A stretch of DNA of 64,000 nucleotides, taken from positions 24,118,001 through 24,182,000 of the forward strand of contig CATNEN010000001.1 in the NCBI GenBank assembly GCA_950097015.1, given 5' to 3'. The notes under the pieces are model-generated. The model did not search any database. It saw only the letters and a program-made list of their open reading frames with translations, and was not told where the DNA came from. Position 1 is the first letter of the stretch, and each line of letters begins with the position of its first letter. This stretch comes from Macrostomum hystrix. Taxonomy: Eukaryota; Animalia; Platyhelminthes. The position numbers and the translations under genes were made by a program. Positions 1-13,600 of this stretch are shown piece by piece.

Positions 1-3000
1 ACCGCTGCCCGACGGAGCCGGCGAGGCCACGTCCAGAGCCGCCGTCAGGATAGCCGGGCCAAGGAGCGGCTGGGCGACTGCAGCCGAAGCCAGCAACGGC
101 CCGACAACCTGACAGGCGACGCGTGACGACACGGGCGAAGGCAGAAGGTTGGCAGCGCTGAAGCTCCCGATGCCGCTGCGATGACCTCTGGAATCAGGTG
201 CAAAACAATTAACTATATTCTCCTACCCTGTTCTGAATTCAGGACACAACTGATTAATCTTCGACCTTCTTAAAGACTTCAGAATTCGTCTAATTAATCA
301 TCGACCTACTTCAGGACTCATCTGATCAATCATCGACCTACTTCAGGACTCATCTGATCAATCATCGACCTACTTCAGGACTCATCTGATCAATCATCGA
401 CCTACTTCAGGACCAACCCCAGTACACTGAAGAATCCCGTCATTGCTCACCTGTAGGAGCAGGCCGATGGGCAGCACAGGGTCTGTCTGAGCAGCTCTCC
501 AGCCAGCATTCGGCACTCGTCCGTTTGACCGTGGCCGCTAGCTGCCGCGTCGGCCGGGCTGCTGAGCCTGGCAGTCAGGGGCAGCACCAGCAGGCTGCAC
601 AGCGACCGTGCCAGCGGCTGCGAGAGAGCATCCGAGAGGTCGGCTCGCTCAGATAGGCCACACCTTTGGGATATTGGGAAATGAGGTAATCAACTACGGC
701 CCTTTAATCTATTTGAATAAGCTAATCCCAGCTGATGCTGGTACCTATTTAACAGATGGATAAACTGTAGCCATGTAGATTAGGAGTCTTGCTGAACGAC
801 ACAATTTTTTTGTGAAGTCGGGAATCGAACCCACAACCTTCAAGTCATAAGCTAATCACAATCCACAACCGCTTTCACAATCCCATTGACCAATTAAATT
901 GGGGCGCAGCCGCGGAGAGAAGGCTTGGGGGCTTGTCGTGCAATTTACACCCTTGAGGGCCAACCTCCAAGGCACAGTGAAGTGAACACTGCCTGACGAT
1001 GGGAAAGTCAGCGCAGATGTACACACCTGTGTGAGCGTGTGCCTGCGTACAGTATCTGTGTGCGTGTGTGCTCAGGAATCAGCAAAATGGGCAGAATTGC
1101 CTCCTCGCTGGCTGCGGGTCTAGTGTCACCAAATGATGTGCCATTGCCCGCAGCCCTCCTGCAATTATTATTATATTTATAGAGCATGCAAAGAGCAGCT
1201 CACCTGTTAACAATGAAGGCTAGCAGGTGCCTAAAATATCCCTTGCTGGCCAGGTACTGGCACAGAGCCGAGGAGACGCCGCCGCTGTCGCCGGGCTGCA
1301 AAGCCAGCTCCATGACTCGCAGAGGTCCGGCGTACATACGATTATCTGCGTGAGGATCCAGTCTGGACAGGTGGGCCAATGTGTTGGCCAGAAATTTGCC
1401 CAAAGCAAAGCCGTCGAGATCGAAGCCGGTGGAGATTCCTGACGGCGGCTGCGGCTGCGAGCTGACAGCGGCGCTGATGGAGCGGTAATGCTTCACGTAT
1501 AGTGAGCACATAAACAGCTGGCAGCGAGGGGCGACAGGCGGGATGGATTCGAGACCGATAATAGACTCAGCCACTCGGATCTAATCTCATCTAGTCTCAT
1601 CCGCTCTCATCTCGTCTCATCCAATCTCATCTAGTCTCATCCGCTCTCATCCAATCTCATCTAGTCTCATCCGCTCTCATCTCGTCTCATTCAATCTCAT
1701 CTAGTCTCATCCGCTCTCACCCAATCTCATCTAGTCTCATTTAATCTCATCTAGTCTCATCCGCTCTCACCCAATCTCATCTCGTCTCATTCAATCTCAT
1801 CTAGTCTCATCCGCTCTCACCCAATCTCATCTAGTCTCATTCAATCTCATCTAGTCTCATCCGCTCTCACCCAACTCATCTAGTCTCATCCGCTCTCAAC
1901 CAATCACATCTAGTCTCATTTAATCTCATCTAGTCTCATCCAATCTCATCCGCTCTCATCTCGTCTCATCCAATCTCATATAGTCTCATCCAAACTCATC
2001 TAGTCACATTTAATCTCATCTAGTCTCATCAAATCTCTTCTAGTCTCATCCGCTCTCATCTCGTCTCATCTAGTCTCATTTACTCTCATTCACTCTCATC
2101 CAATCTCATCTAGTCTCATTTAATCTCATCTAGTCTCATTTAATCTCATCTAGTCTCATCTAGTCTCATTTAATCTCATCTAGTCTCATCCGCTCTCATC
2201 TAGACTCATCCGCTCTCATCTAGTCTCATCCACCCTCATCTAATCTTATCCACTTCTATCAAATCGCATCCACTCTTACCTAATTTCATCCACACTCATC
2301 TAATCTTATCCACTTCTATCAAATCGCATCCACTCTTACCTAATTTCATCCACCCTCATCTAATATTATCCACTTCTATCAAATCGCATCCACTCTTACC
2401 TAATTTCATCCACACTCTTCTAAACTCATCCACTCCCCTTCTGTCTCATCTGCTCTAGTCCCATTTAGTCTAATCTTATCTTAATATCCTATAGATTATT
2501 TAGATACGCGAACTCACAATTCTGTCGCAATCCAAATGAGGCAGGTAGAAATTGTTCAGACATTTGGCGAGGAGCAGGAAGTTGTCCCTGACATCGTTGG
2601 CTGCAGTGATGGCGGAGTCATTGTTCTTCAAAAAAACGGCCGCAGCCGATGCCAGCTGATCGAATCGCTGTCTGGTGAGGTTCTGCGTCAGGCGCCGGCT
2701 GTGGCTGCCGCGGTAGAATGCCTGAATGCGCGTGGCCGCCTCCTCCTCTTGACGGCGGTGCTGGCGGGCATTGACAAAAAAATGGGGATAATTATTCTGC
2801 CGTCAGTTGCTCAGGGGTGAACTAAAGCACTAGACTAGATGCAGGCTGTGGGACTGGATTAGACTGGATGAGACTTGATGAGAGAACGGATGAACAAAAT
2901 GAGAGTCAATAGAGACTAGATGAGACTAGATGAGACTGGATGAGAGTGAATGAGACTAGATGAGTGTGGATGAGAGTGAATGAGACTAGATGAGTGTGGA

Positions 3001-3737
3001 TGAGACTAGATGAGACTAGATGAGAGTGGATGAGACTAGATGAGAGTAGATGAGACTGGATGAGACTGGATGAGAGTGAATGAGACTAGATGAGAGCGGA
3101 TGAGACTAGATGAGAATTGATGAGACTGGATGAGAGTGAATGAGACTAGATGAGAGTGAATGAGACTAGATGAGAGCGGATGAGACTAGATGAGAGTGAA
3201 TGAGACTAGATGAGAGTGAATGAGACTAGATGAGAGTGGATGAGACTAGATGAGAGTAGATGAGACTGGATGAGAGTGAATGAGACTAGATGAGAGTAGA
3301 TGAGACTGGATGAGAGTGAATGAGACTAGATGAGAGTGAATGAGACTAGATGAGAGTGAATGAGACTAGATGAGAGCGGATGAGACAAGATGAGAATAGA
3401 TGAGACTGGATGAGAGTGAATGAGACTAGATCAGTGCATATTAGACTAGAAGACTAGATGAGTGCATATGAGAGTTGGTGAGAATAGAAGCCTCCGAAAT
3501 TTAAAACAAGTGACACATCACAAACAAAAAGGTGCTACAAATCGTGAGTTCTCACCTCTCTGAGCTGTCGCTGCTTACGGTTCTTCTCCAGCAGCTCATG
3601 CTTTGTGTCCTGCGAATGTAAAGAAAAGTTTTTTTTATTTAGTAAGACAAATCTGAAAATAAAGAACCGAATCTCCAATGTCTTACATCGTCAAATGCTG
3701 GAAGACCTTTAAAATCAGTGACATAACCTCCGTACAT
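1..3737 (-). CDS. UBE3C: HECT E3 ubiquitin ligase UBE3C/UBE3B-like, 5' part. Exons 3737-3687, 3609-3556, 2760-2518, 1517-1204, 663-451, 187-<1; continues beyond the window.
   Basis: Manual splicing with GT-AG sites and consistent phases gives MYGGYVTDFKGLPAFDD-DTKHELLEKNRKQRQLRE-HRRQEEEAATRIQAFYRGSHSRR...NNFYLPHLDCDRI-LFMCSLYVKH...KGYFRHLLAFIVNR-CGLSERADLSDALSQPLARSLCSLLVLPL. The charged helix followed by an IQ motif matches the UBE3C/B N-terminus. The HECT domain is not in the window. Confidence 0.8.
225..415. repeat. 32-bp intronic minisatellite, about 4-5 copies
   Basis: tcgacctacttcaggactcatctgatcaatca repeated. Confidence 0.9.
721..870 (-). mobile_element. Degenerate tRNA-derived SINE fragment, same family as 45321-45623
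   Basis: atcccagctgatgc.ggtacc.atttaacag and gtcgggaatcgaaccc.caaccttcaagtc are shared with the 45.4-45.6 kb element; B box on minus strand. Confidence 0.75.
1578..2480. repeat. 10-bp-period minisatellite (TCTCATCTAG-type) in UBE3C intron 3
   Basis: tctcatctag/tctcatccgc/tctcatccaa units, degrading into a 60-bp higher-order block near 2230-2420. Confidence 0.95.
2830..3480. repeat. Same 10-bp minisatellite in reverse orientation (CTAGATGAGA) in UBE3C intron 2
   Basis: tgagactaga/tgagagcgga/tgagagtgaa units are reverse complements of the 1578-2480 units. Confidence 0.95.
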
Positions 3738-6700
3738 TACTGAAGCAGTCTTAATTAATATTCCTTTAAGCAGTTTAGTTACAAATATAAATAAAACTAG
3801 TACAGTGCTATACGTAAATTATATTCACGGCGAATAGGCTCTACCTTTCCAAACTAAAACATTAAACAAACGAATCAAAAACCCAACCAACGGGTTTAAA
3901 TATTTCTAGTCCGAATTCAGTGCTCTCAGCAACACAGTTGGCTTGCTTTCCTTACTGTCTGAGAACAGTTTGTGTGCTCAATCAAGCAGTAGGGATTTTA
4001 CTACATTTTTATCCAAACTGCTTTTTCTCTTCCCTTCCAACCCTGCTACCCTGGAAAGGTGAGCACACACACACACACACACACACACACCCATACACAC
4101 GCTGCGAATCTGAAACACACGGTAGGGATTATTAAACACCCCCCTACTTGTGTGTAAAACACGTACACACACGCACACACATACAGCAGTTGAAAACCCG
4201 ACTGAAATAACTGCACATTCCTTAACCTAACCCCCTGCACCAAATCTTTAAGTCTGTGATTTTTATAGCTAGATAGCTGCGGATTTCTAAAAGATTTGAG
4301 TACATTGAGACAGTTGAGTACAGTAATAAATCAATCAGTAATGCTAACAGGTCGCATAGTTCTCTCTAGTTTGGGTTTTTAGCTGTTTTGTGGCAGCAGC
4401 TTGCAATCTGTTTGGGAATTAGCTAGCTATAGTATTGACCAATAATAAAACCTGAAGACTATGAAACAAATAGCACATCAATAAATAAACCAGGTTCTGT
4501 GCAGCTAGCTGAGTTCACAATTCCCAAATTTTCAATGGAAAATAAAACGAATCTGGTAGAAATTGCTTGCAGACATAGGCCCTAATGAATCACAGAGCTT
4601 ACAGAAATAATAACTATATGCGCTTAATACACTACTAGGAAAGCTAAACTAAGTAGATATGAATGGGTAAAAAAATTGTACTGCAAAAAGTTTTAATACA
4701 GAAAAAGATTTAAATATCATAGGTTACCAAATGGATTACAATAATGATAAAAATATCAATCAGATATCAATGAGACAATCATCTTTTTAGAATATACATC
4801 AAAATTCCTTCATTTTTTTAAAAGGTCATACTCATATATATTCACAATTTAGTTTTGCTTATTTTTTCTGCCCTAATGAAAAATTCTTAATCTGTTACTA
4901 GACAAGATTAAGCTAAAATTTCAAGGGATTAGCTAAAAATCATTATGATTTAAATCAAAGCTTAAAACTTTATGGCTTTTTTAGTTCTAAAAATATATAC
5001 AAAGCTCAATATCATTGTCAATTGTCAATAGGCTGACTAGAAGCTCTAACTGCTTGAGTTACTGTCTCCTAGCAACCATAAATTGTTCTATATAATATTT
5101 TTACTGCTAATAAAGTATTTGGATAGTGGGTGTAAATTTTGGGAAATGGACAAATAGTTCACAAACTCTATATTGTCTCTTGCCCCCACTACAAACTAAG
5201 GGATTTAGGACAAAAGTTTTATTAAACTTGCTAAGACAGTTTTAAAAGTTGGAAGTTAGTTTAAGTTTAATAGACCAAAAAAGGATAGATACTGAAATAA
5301 AAGAGGCTTCAATGTTCTTGATCAGTAATCTGTAAGCTTGACACTGACCCTGGGCCCATGGAACCTAAAATTATTTGAATTCATGCATATTTAAAGCTAG
5401 CAATAGCATTTTTTACTCTTCCATTGTGCTTATTTACTAAAAAAAATATATTGCAGTGTTTATCGGCATAGTCTCATGAAAATAGTGCTGACTTTATCTT
5501 TACAGATCCATGCCAATAATGCTGATGTTGTTGACAAAGCAGCTTGGTAGAATAGGCCACCACATTATGTACATAAATATTCTAGCCATGCAAATACACT
5601 CCTTTTTATTGTATAAATCAAGGATTACTTCTAATCCTTGTGAGTTCAAATATTGCTTGACTTCAAATGTTTGAGAGCACATTTAAAAAACCATGTTACA
5701 TTTTTTAAACTGTCAAATTAAGATTATTTGATTGTGATAAAAATTACCTTATTTGTAGAGTGTACTATAAATTAATTTGTTATAATTCGATGTTCCAAAA
5801 TGATTATAGCTCAATACTAAATGCTCTATAGGCTACAGGTTAAATTCGTCAAATTTCTTTTTGGTTAAAGAAAAATATAACATTAAACACCAAGTTCAAT
5901 AGTCAACTGTGAAAAAGCTTGATTGGGTTGTCTTAGAATTTACTGAAATCAATTTGTTTGGAAGTTAGAATTTGCATGACTGGCACAAACATATATAATT
6001 TGGTGGCTTATCCTAGTAAGTTACAATGTAGATAAGGTAGGCATTATTGGCATCCATGAGTATAAATAAAGTTGTTACAATTTGCAATGTGCCACTAAAA
6101 TATATAGCCATTCATGTACTAACAGTGTAAAATTGTACATGCAGGTTTCTTGTATTTGTTTGCTATAATAACTTATGTAGACATATATAAGATACAAAAA
6201 TGTTGTAATACAAAGTATATATTAGTCACACAATATGATTTACATTTGATTTACATTACATAATATGATCTGCAGTTGCTAATTTTTTCATTTTGGATTT
6301 GATACATTGGTACAATTATTTGTTAAAATGAATAAAAGGCATCATCCAATGCTTTTTAATGGCTTTTTCTACAAAACTTTTACTTCTATCAAGAAAATTG
6401 AGATTGAACTAGGCATACACAAAGAAAAATGATGCAATAAAATTGTATATATATTTATAAAAAAATAAAATTAGCTATTATAGTCCAGTTCTTTGGGGCC
6501 CAGTGATAGTCTGTTGTAGCTTGTAGTCAATTGTGGTCTATTGCAGAAGGTCATAAATTAGCTAGCTAGCTGGCAAGCAAATGTATAAATGAGCACTTGG
6601 TCTAACTATAGCTAGCTCTGAAAATGTACATTTGATAGTTTGTTATTGTCCTTTTTTATTCTTTCACAATCATTTTTACAGTTAAACAACAGAACTGGCA

Positions 6701-9039
6701 TTAAAAGATTATAAACATGTAGCAATTTTAAGTACTTACAGATCTGCTTGCTCCACCAAGTGACTGAATAGGTTTCTTTCTATACTGACCAGTAAAGAGT
6801 GGAAGATTCATTTTAGCCAAGATGATATATAGCAACCTACTAGCTACACTTAACTACTAAACTACTACTTTCTCTTCTGAAGTGAAACTGAAAGGCTGAA
6901 AATGTCAAAAACTATCTTAACTGAAATAGAGCAGTTATAGGAAAGGGCTAAAGGGGACTAAAATCTAAAAACTAACGCCCTGTCTAAGTTTAAAAATTAT
7001 ATAAGCTTACAACTAAACATAGGGTTAAGCCAGTGTTCTGTTAAATTGTATGTCGCCTATTAGATGACAGATAAAAGCAGCTAAATTAGGAAATAAAACT
7101 GACTTTCTATGTGTATCTTATTTTAATTTACTAATATGAATTAAAGGCAGCAAAATTTTGGGGAAAAAAGAACAGTGACCTATGATGCTAAACACACAAC
7201 AGAGTGATAAATATGCATTAAATTACACAAAAACTGTAACTGTATTATCGATATATCTTTAAAAGTGCTGGTCATGATGACATTGACGAACGTGATCAGC
7301 TGTAAAAAATAATGTGTCTTCATTTAAGAAAGTATGCATATATTCCTTATTAAAGACCACTTTATATTTTATTTAAACGAAAATATTTTATTTGGGTTTA
7401 TATTAAGGTATATTTAACATTAAGCCTTTGCTAAAATTGTTAAAACCCGTCGGAGCAATGTAAGTTTTTATGGTTTTTGCGTATTTTGAGCCACTCTGGC
7501 ACTCTCACTTAAAAGTTATTATAATATTTTCGTAATTCGTGACAATAACTACATTAGAAGCTTATTGATTACGCTCGGTTTCAATAAATATGATTTAAGA
7601 TATGGCTACGAGAGCATTTCAACAACCTGCTCGTTGTCTTGTAACAATTGTCTCCTCGCACAGTTGTCTTGTGTTAAAAGACTAAAAGCGAACATCAGCT
7701 AAACTACAACGCATTATATTTGCTTTAAATCAGATATGATTTTAAAAAACTTCCATATAGGTTATGTTGATCTTTTGAGAACAAGGATTTATATTCTGTC
7801 TTACTAAAAATAGAGCTATTTTTGTTAAGATGGATGATGAACTATTTTTAGTATGATGCTGCTCACTTTTTACAAGCAGGTTGCTCACACTACATATTGT
7901 GCACATAGACTATGAAATATTGTATTTTCGTTTGGGCTTGAAAAATATTTTTTTATCAGCTTTGTTCGGGGGGGCACATATTAATTATTTTAAGCGACTT
8001 TACATAAACGTACATGAACAACTAACTAAATATACAAGTCGCATATATGATATATCAAATGTGAATGATAATTACGCCGGCCTAAACGCACATTTACCTC
8101 CCACTTCATCATTTGAGACGCGACCAAGCCACGAATACTGCTCCGTACGCTATGCGCTAGCTCGTATTTATAGTACATAAATTTAGTACTACTATAAAAA
8201 TGGCATGCTAGCTGGAGATGCTTGCGGACCAGTGCTCCGCTGCCGGCATGCACGGCTCTGCAAGACTGATGCCAACCCATATTTCTTCTTCTCCTTTTAC
8301 CACACGTGTGTGTGGTTCCCAGAAGAGAGCCAGCAGGGAGGGAGGAGAGAGCGAGGAAGGGTTAAAGGGGGTAAGAAGGGAGAAGCTACGGTTAAGTGCT
8401 CGCTGTGTGAAGCATGTCCCGCGTGCAAAGCTGACTGGTTGATGGCGGGCTCGCAGATTTTGGACCGGGAGAGGAGAAAGTGCGGCTGCTGCCACCGCTG
8501 CTGCTGCTGCTGCTGCTGCTGCTGAAGGCGGAAGAGCTTGCTCGGGGTTAGTTTAGGTGGGAGATGAGAAATATATATAGGATTCTGTAAAGTAGGGATG
8601 GGATTCCTTGAACACTAGATAGGGAGAGCTGCCTGCAGCGGCTTCGCAGTCGAATAGTTGTGCCTGAGAAGGCCGCCTATGCGTCTTCCAACTCTCTAGC
8701 CCGGCCAAATTTCCCCCTTCATTTCCTGTCCAGTCTGCAGCTCCGGTTTCACTCTTTTCCCGGCCCTCTCCCATTGCGGGTGGCTTCTTCTCGATACCAA
8801 AAAAGGCCTGGGGAAACGCTTCGAGGGCCGGCCTGTTCCGCCATGCAGTGCCGCAGTAGTTTAATCATTTCTTCTACTTTCTGTCTCTTCCATCTGAGAA
8901 GCAAGTCACCGACCCTCCGGCTTGTGTGCTGCGGCCCAGATGCACACGGGCTTACTGCGGACTAATCTCTGTCTCCGTCAGCTCGGGCCATGGATCTGTT
9001 CATGTACCACTTTTCCTCGCCATATTAGAAGCACTCTGG

Positions 9040-9692
9040 GAGAGACACAGGTAGGGTGTACTGAGAGACACAGGAAGGGTGTACTGAGAGACACAGGTAG
9101 GGTGTACTGAGAGACACAGGAAGGGTGTACTGAGAGACACAGGTAGGGTGTACTGAGAGACACAGGAAGGTGTACTGAGAGACACAGGTAGGGTGTACTG
9201 AGAGACACAGGAAGGTGTACTGAGAGACACAGGAAGGGTGTACTGAGAGACACAGGAAGGTGTACTGAGAGACACAGGAAGGGTGTACTGAGAGACACAG
9301 GTAGGGTGTACTGAGAGACACAGGTAGGGTGTACTGAGAGACACAGGAAGGTGTACTGAGAGACACAGGTAGGGTGTACTGAGAGACACAGGAAGGTGTA
9401 CTGAGAGACACAGGTAGGGTGTACTGAGAGACACAGGAAGGTGTACTGAGAGACACAGGTAGGGTGTACTGAGAGACACAGGAAGGGTGTACTGAGAGAC
9501 ACAGGTAGGGTGTACTGAGAGACACAGGAAGGTGTACTGAGAGACACAGGAAGGGTGTACTGAGAGACACAGGTAGGGTGTACTGAGAGACACAGGTAGG
9601 GTGTACTGAGAGACACAGCTAGGGTGTACTGATAAGAGACACAGGAAGGGTGTACTGAGAGACACAGGTAGGGTGTACTGATAAGAGACACA
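9040..9692. repeat. 23/22-bp minisatellite
   Basis: ctgagagacacagg(t/a)agggtgta repeated about 28 times. Confidence 0.95.
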
Positions 9693-10668
9693 TTGTTTCC
9701 AATCCAACCTTTCCTGTCCTGCTCCTGCAAAAGATAGCACAACAGTCGTCAACTGCACAAAAGCCAAACATCTAAACAGTTTTTTTATCTCACTGCGTGG
9801 TGCTAGAAAGATAGTTATTGGTTTGACTTGACAAGTAATGAATTCTAGATTCGAGCCTAATTCTGAGATCTGGACTCATTTGAAGAAGCCGAGTGCCAGC
9901 TCCCTATTCGAAATTCCGCTTAAACATGTTCGCGTGTTCCCATCTAGTCCCGCCCTCATGCAATATTCACTGCTTATGTTTACTTCCTTGTCAAAGAAAA
10001 AAAGGAAGGAAAAATGCGCATTCCTCTGTAACTAGCTAGCAATGTCCAGTTCCAATGCGGGACTTCTGCAGACAAGTGCCCGATAGCTTAACAAAAGCGG
10101 TGCGAAAGCCAAGCCTTAAATTATTCCTCCCGACTAAGCCAGCCTTAATAACGTACAAAAGAAGGCCGGATGACAGGACTCGGGGTTGGGGGGGGGGAAG
10201 TGGAAACGAATTGCCTAGACGGAGATTTGAAAAAGCAATGGCTTGCCTCCGCACCAATGTTTATTTCCTGTGGCCCACGACAGCAAACTTTAGCGCCTGT
10301 ATAGGGGTTGGCCATATCGCCTGTTTAGCCTGGCTAAAAAGGTGCAGATGGCTTTCCACTTCCCCAAGCCCGACTCTCCGAGCCTCATTGGCTGCCTGGG
10401 TCAAGATTCCCAGCAGTTATTTAAGGCCCTGTTTCCTGTCCCACTTCCCCAGCCTCATCAGCTTGGCAGCTCAACTTTCCTAGAAACATCGATAACCTGC
10501 CCCCGAAAATCCATAAGACAACATCTGCACCTGGTGGAGGTTACAGATCGATTCTAGCTGTCACTAGGGTCAGATATGCTGTCACTAAGGGGCACTTAAG
10601 AGCATGTTCTGAAGCATGCAGCTGGTAGGACTGTTTGTAGTCTCAAACATTACTGCTCAGCTTCCCAG

Positions 10669-13600
10669 ATGAAGGCTACTCACATCTCCAGCCGCGGCTC
10701 CCGCCTGCCGACGGCGCCAATTCAACGCTACCTGCGCTGGATTCAGCTGACATTGTACGCCGCCTCCTGCATCTTCGCCCTGGTGTCCTGCGTAACACTG
10801 AAGGTCAGCTACGAGGACCTCGGCTTCACGTGCCCGCTGTACGCCAAACCAAGTCATGTCAGCCTGCAGACAACCAAGAATGGCAGCTTTGTGCTGCACC
10901 TCAGCGAGGTGAAGCAGGGCGAGAAGAAGACCTGCTTCTATTCCATGTATCTCAACATCACGATCGCCTCCTACAGCCTCATGTGGGGCCTGCTCTATGG
11001 CTTTCTGAGCGCGCCTTGCAAAGCAAGGAAAGGGTGAGTCTGATTGATACTATTGAAGGCCTTTGATCTTTGAAGCCGATCTCTTTCTGATTGGAGATTT
11101 TTAGCCGGTAAATTTACATGAAATCACTGATTTTCGCAATATGCTGCATCAAAAGGCAAACACTCGCGTCTGACGTTTTAGCCACTGCAACCGTCATATA
11201 ATTTGACGTCATAGAAAATTAAATTACGTTCTATTTTCTGTCCCTCAGTTCCTCCATCATCCGCTCTCAGTTTCTCCATCTTCCACTCCCCAGTTTCTCC
11301 ATCTTCCACTCCCCAGTTTCTCCATCTTCCACTCCCAGTTTCTCCATCATCCGCCCCCAGTTTCTCCATCTTCCACTCCCCAGTTTCTCCATCTTTCGCC
11401 ATAATTTCTCCATCTTCCGCCATAATTTCTCCATCATCCGCCCCCAGTTTCTCCATCATCCGCCCCAAGTTTCTCCATCGTCCGCCCCCAGTTTCTCCAT
11501 CTTCCACTCCCCAGTTTCTCCATCTTTCGCCATAATTTCTCCATCTTCCGCCATAATTTCTCCATCATCCGCCCCCAGTTCCTCCATCATCCGCTCCCCA
11601 GTTTCTCCATCTTCCACTCCCCAGTTTCTCCATCTTCCACTCCCAGTTTCTCCATCTTCCACTCCCCAGTTTCTCCATCTTCCACTCCCCAGTTTCTCCA
11701 TCTTCCACTCCCCAGTTTCTCCATCTTCCACTCCCCAGTTTCTCCATCTTCCACTCCCCAGTTTCTCCATCTTCCACTCCCCAGTTTCTCCATCTTCCAC
11801 TCCCAGTTTCTCCATCATCCGCCCCCAGTTTCTCCATCTTCCACTCCCCAGTTTCTCCATCATCCGCCCCAAGTTTCTCCATCATCCGCCCCCAGTTTCT
11901 CCATCTTCCGCCATAATTTCTCCATCATCCGCCCCCAGTTTCTCCATCTTCCACTCCCAGTTTCTCCATCATCCGCCCCCAGTTTCTCCATCTTCCACTC
12001 CCCAGTTTCTCCATCTTTCGCCATAATTTCTCCATCTTCCGCCATAATTTCTCCATCATCCGCCCCCAGTTTCTCCATCATCCGCCCCAAGTTTCTCCAT
12101 CGTCCGCCCCAAGTTTCTCCATAGTCCGCCATAATTTCTCCATCATCCGCCCCCAGTTTCTCCATCATCCGCCATAATTTCTCCATCATCCGCCCCCAGT
12201 TTCTCCATCTTCCGCCATAATTTCTCCATCGTCCGCCCCAAGTTTCTCCATCATCCGCCATAATTTCTCCATCATCCGCCCCCAGTTTCTCCATCATCCG
12301 CCCCCAGTTTCTCCATCATCCGCCCCAAGTTTCTCCATCATCCGCCCCCAGTTTCTCCATCTTCCGCCATAATTTCTCCTTCATCCGCCCCCAGTTTCTC
12401 CATCATCCGCCCCCAGTTTCTCCATCATCCGCCCCAAGTTTCTCCATCGTCCGCCCCAAGTTTCTCCATCATCCGCCATAATTTCTCCATCATCCGCCCC
12501 CAGTTTCTCCATCATCCACCCCAAGTTTCTCCATCGTCCGCCCCAAGTTTCTCCATCATCCGCCATAATTTCTCCTTCATCCGCCCCCAGTTTCTCCATC
12601 ATCCGCCCCAAGTTTCTCCATCATCCGCCCCCAGTTTCTCCATCATCCGTCATAATTTCTCCATCATCCGGTCACAGTTTCTCCATCATCCGGTCACAGT
12701 TTCTCCATCATCCGCCCCCAAATGATCCGCTGGCAGGCACCTGCGCCACTTGGTGTTTCCCTCGCTGCTGTTCAACTCGGTGCTCTTCACCAGCGAGCTC
12801 ATCGCCAGCTGCGTCCTGACACTCGGCTACAACTCCTGGTGCAAGTCCATCGTTGACGACCTGGGCGCGTTGGAGAACGTCCGAAAGCTCAAGGAGGCCA
12901 ACAGGTGAGATACTCGGGCAAAGTCTTCCGCCCCCACCACCTGCAGCCCGAGAGAGTCTTCCGCCCCCACCACCTGCAGCCCGAGAGAGTCTTCCGCCCC
13001 CACCACCTGCATCCCGAGAGAGTCTTCCGCCCCTACCACCTGCATCCCGAGAGGGTCTTCCGCCCCCACCACCTTCAGCCCGAGAGGGTCTTCCGCCCCC
13101 ACCACCTGCAGCCCGAGAGGGTCTTCCGCCCCCACCACCTGCAGCCCGAGAGGGTCTTCCGCCCCCACCACCTGCAGCCCGAGAGAGTCTTCCGCCCCCC
13201 ACCACCTGGAGCCCGAGAGAGTCTTCCGCCCCACACCACCTGCAGCCCGAGAGAGTCTTCCGCCCCCACCACCTGCAGCCCGAGAGAGTCTTCCGCCCCC
13301 ACCACCTGCAGCCCGAGAGGGTCTTCCGCCCCCACCACCTGCAGCCCGAGAGGGTCTTCCGCCCCCACCACCTGCAACCCGAGAGGGTCTTCCGCCCCCA
13401 CCACCTGCAGCCCGAGAGGGTCTTCCGCCCCCACCACCTGCAGCCCGAGTGAGTCTTCCGCCCCCACCACCTGCAGCCCGAGTGAGTCTTCCGCCCCCAC
13501 CACCTGCAGCCCGAGAGGGTCTTCCGCCCCCACCACCTGCAGCCCGAGAGGGTCTTCCGCCCCCACCACCTGCAACCCGAGAGGGTCTTCCGCCCCCACC

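Noticed and set aside
1090-1166. Canonical HDV-like ribozyme
   Set aside because: The P3/L3 motif matches, but the P1 partner (gcccgca) lies downstream instead of upstream and no GG for P1.1 follows. A simple hairpin explains the pairing.
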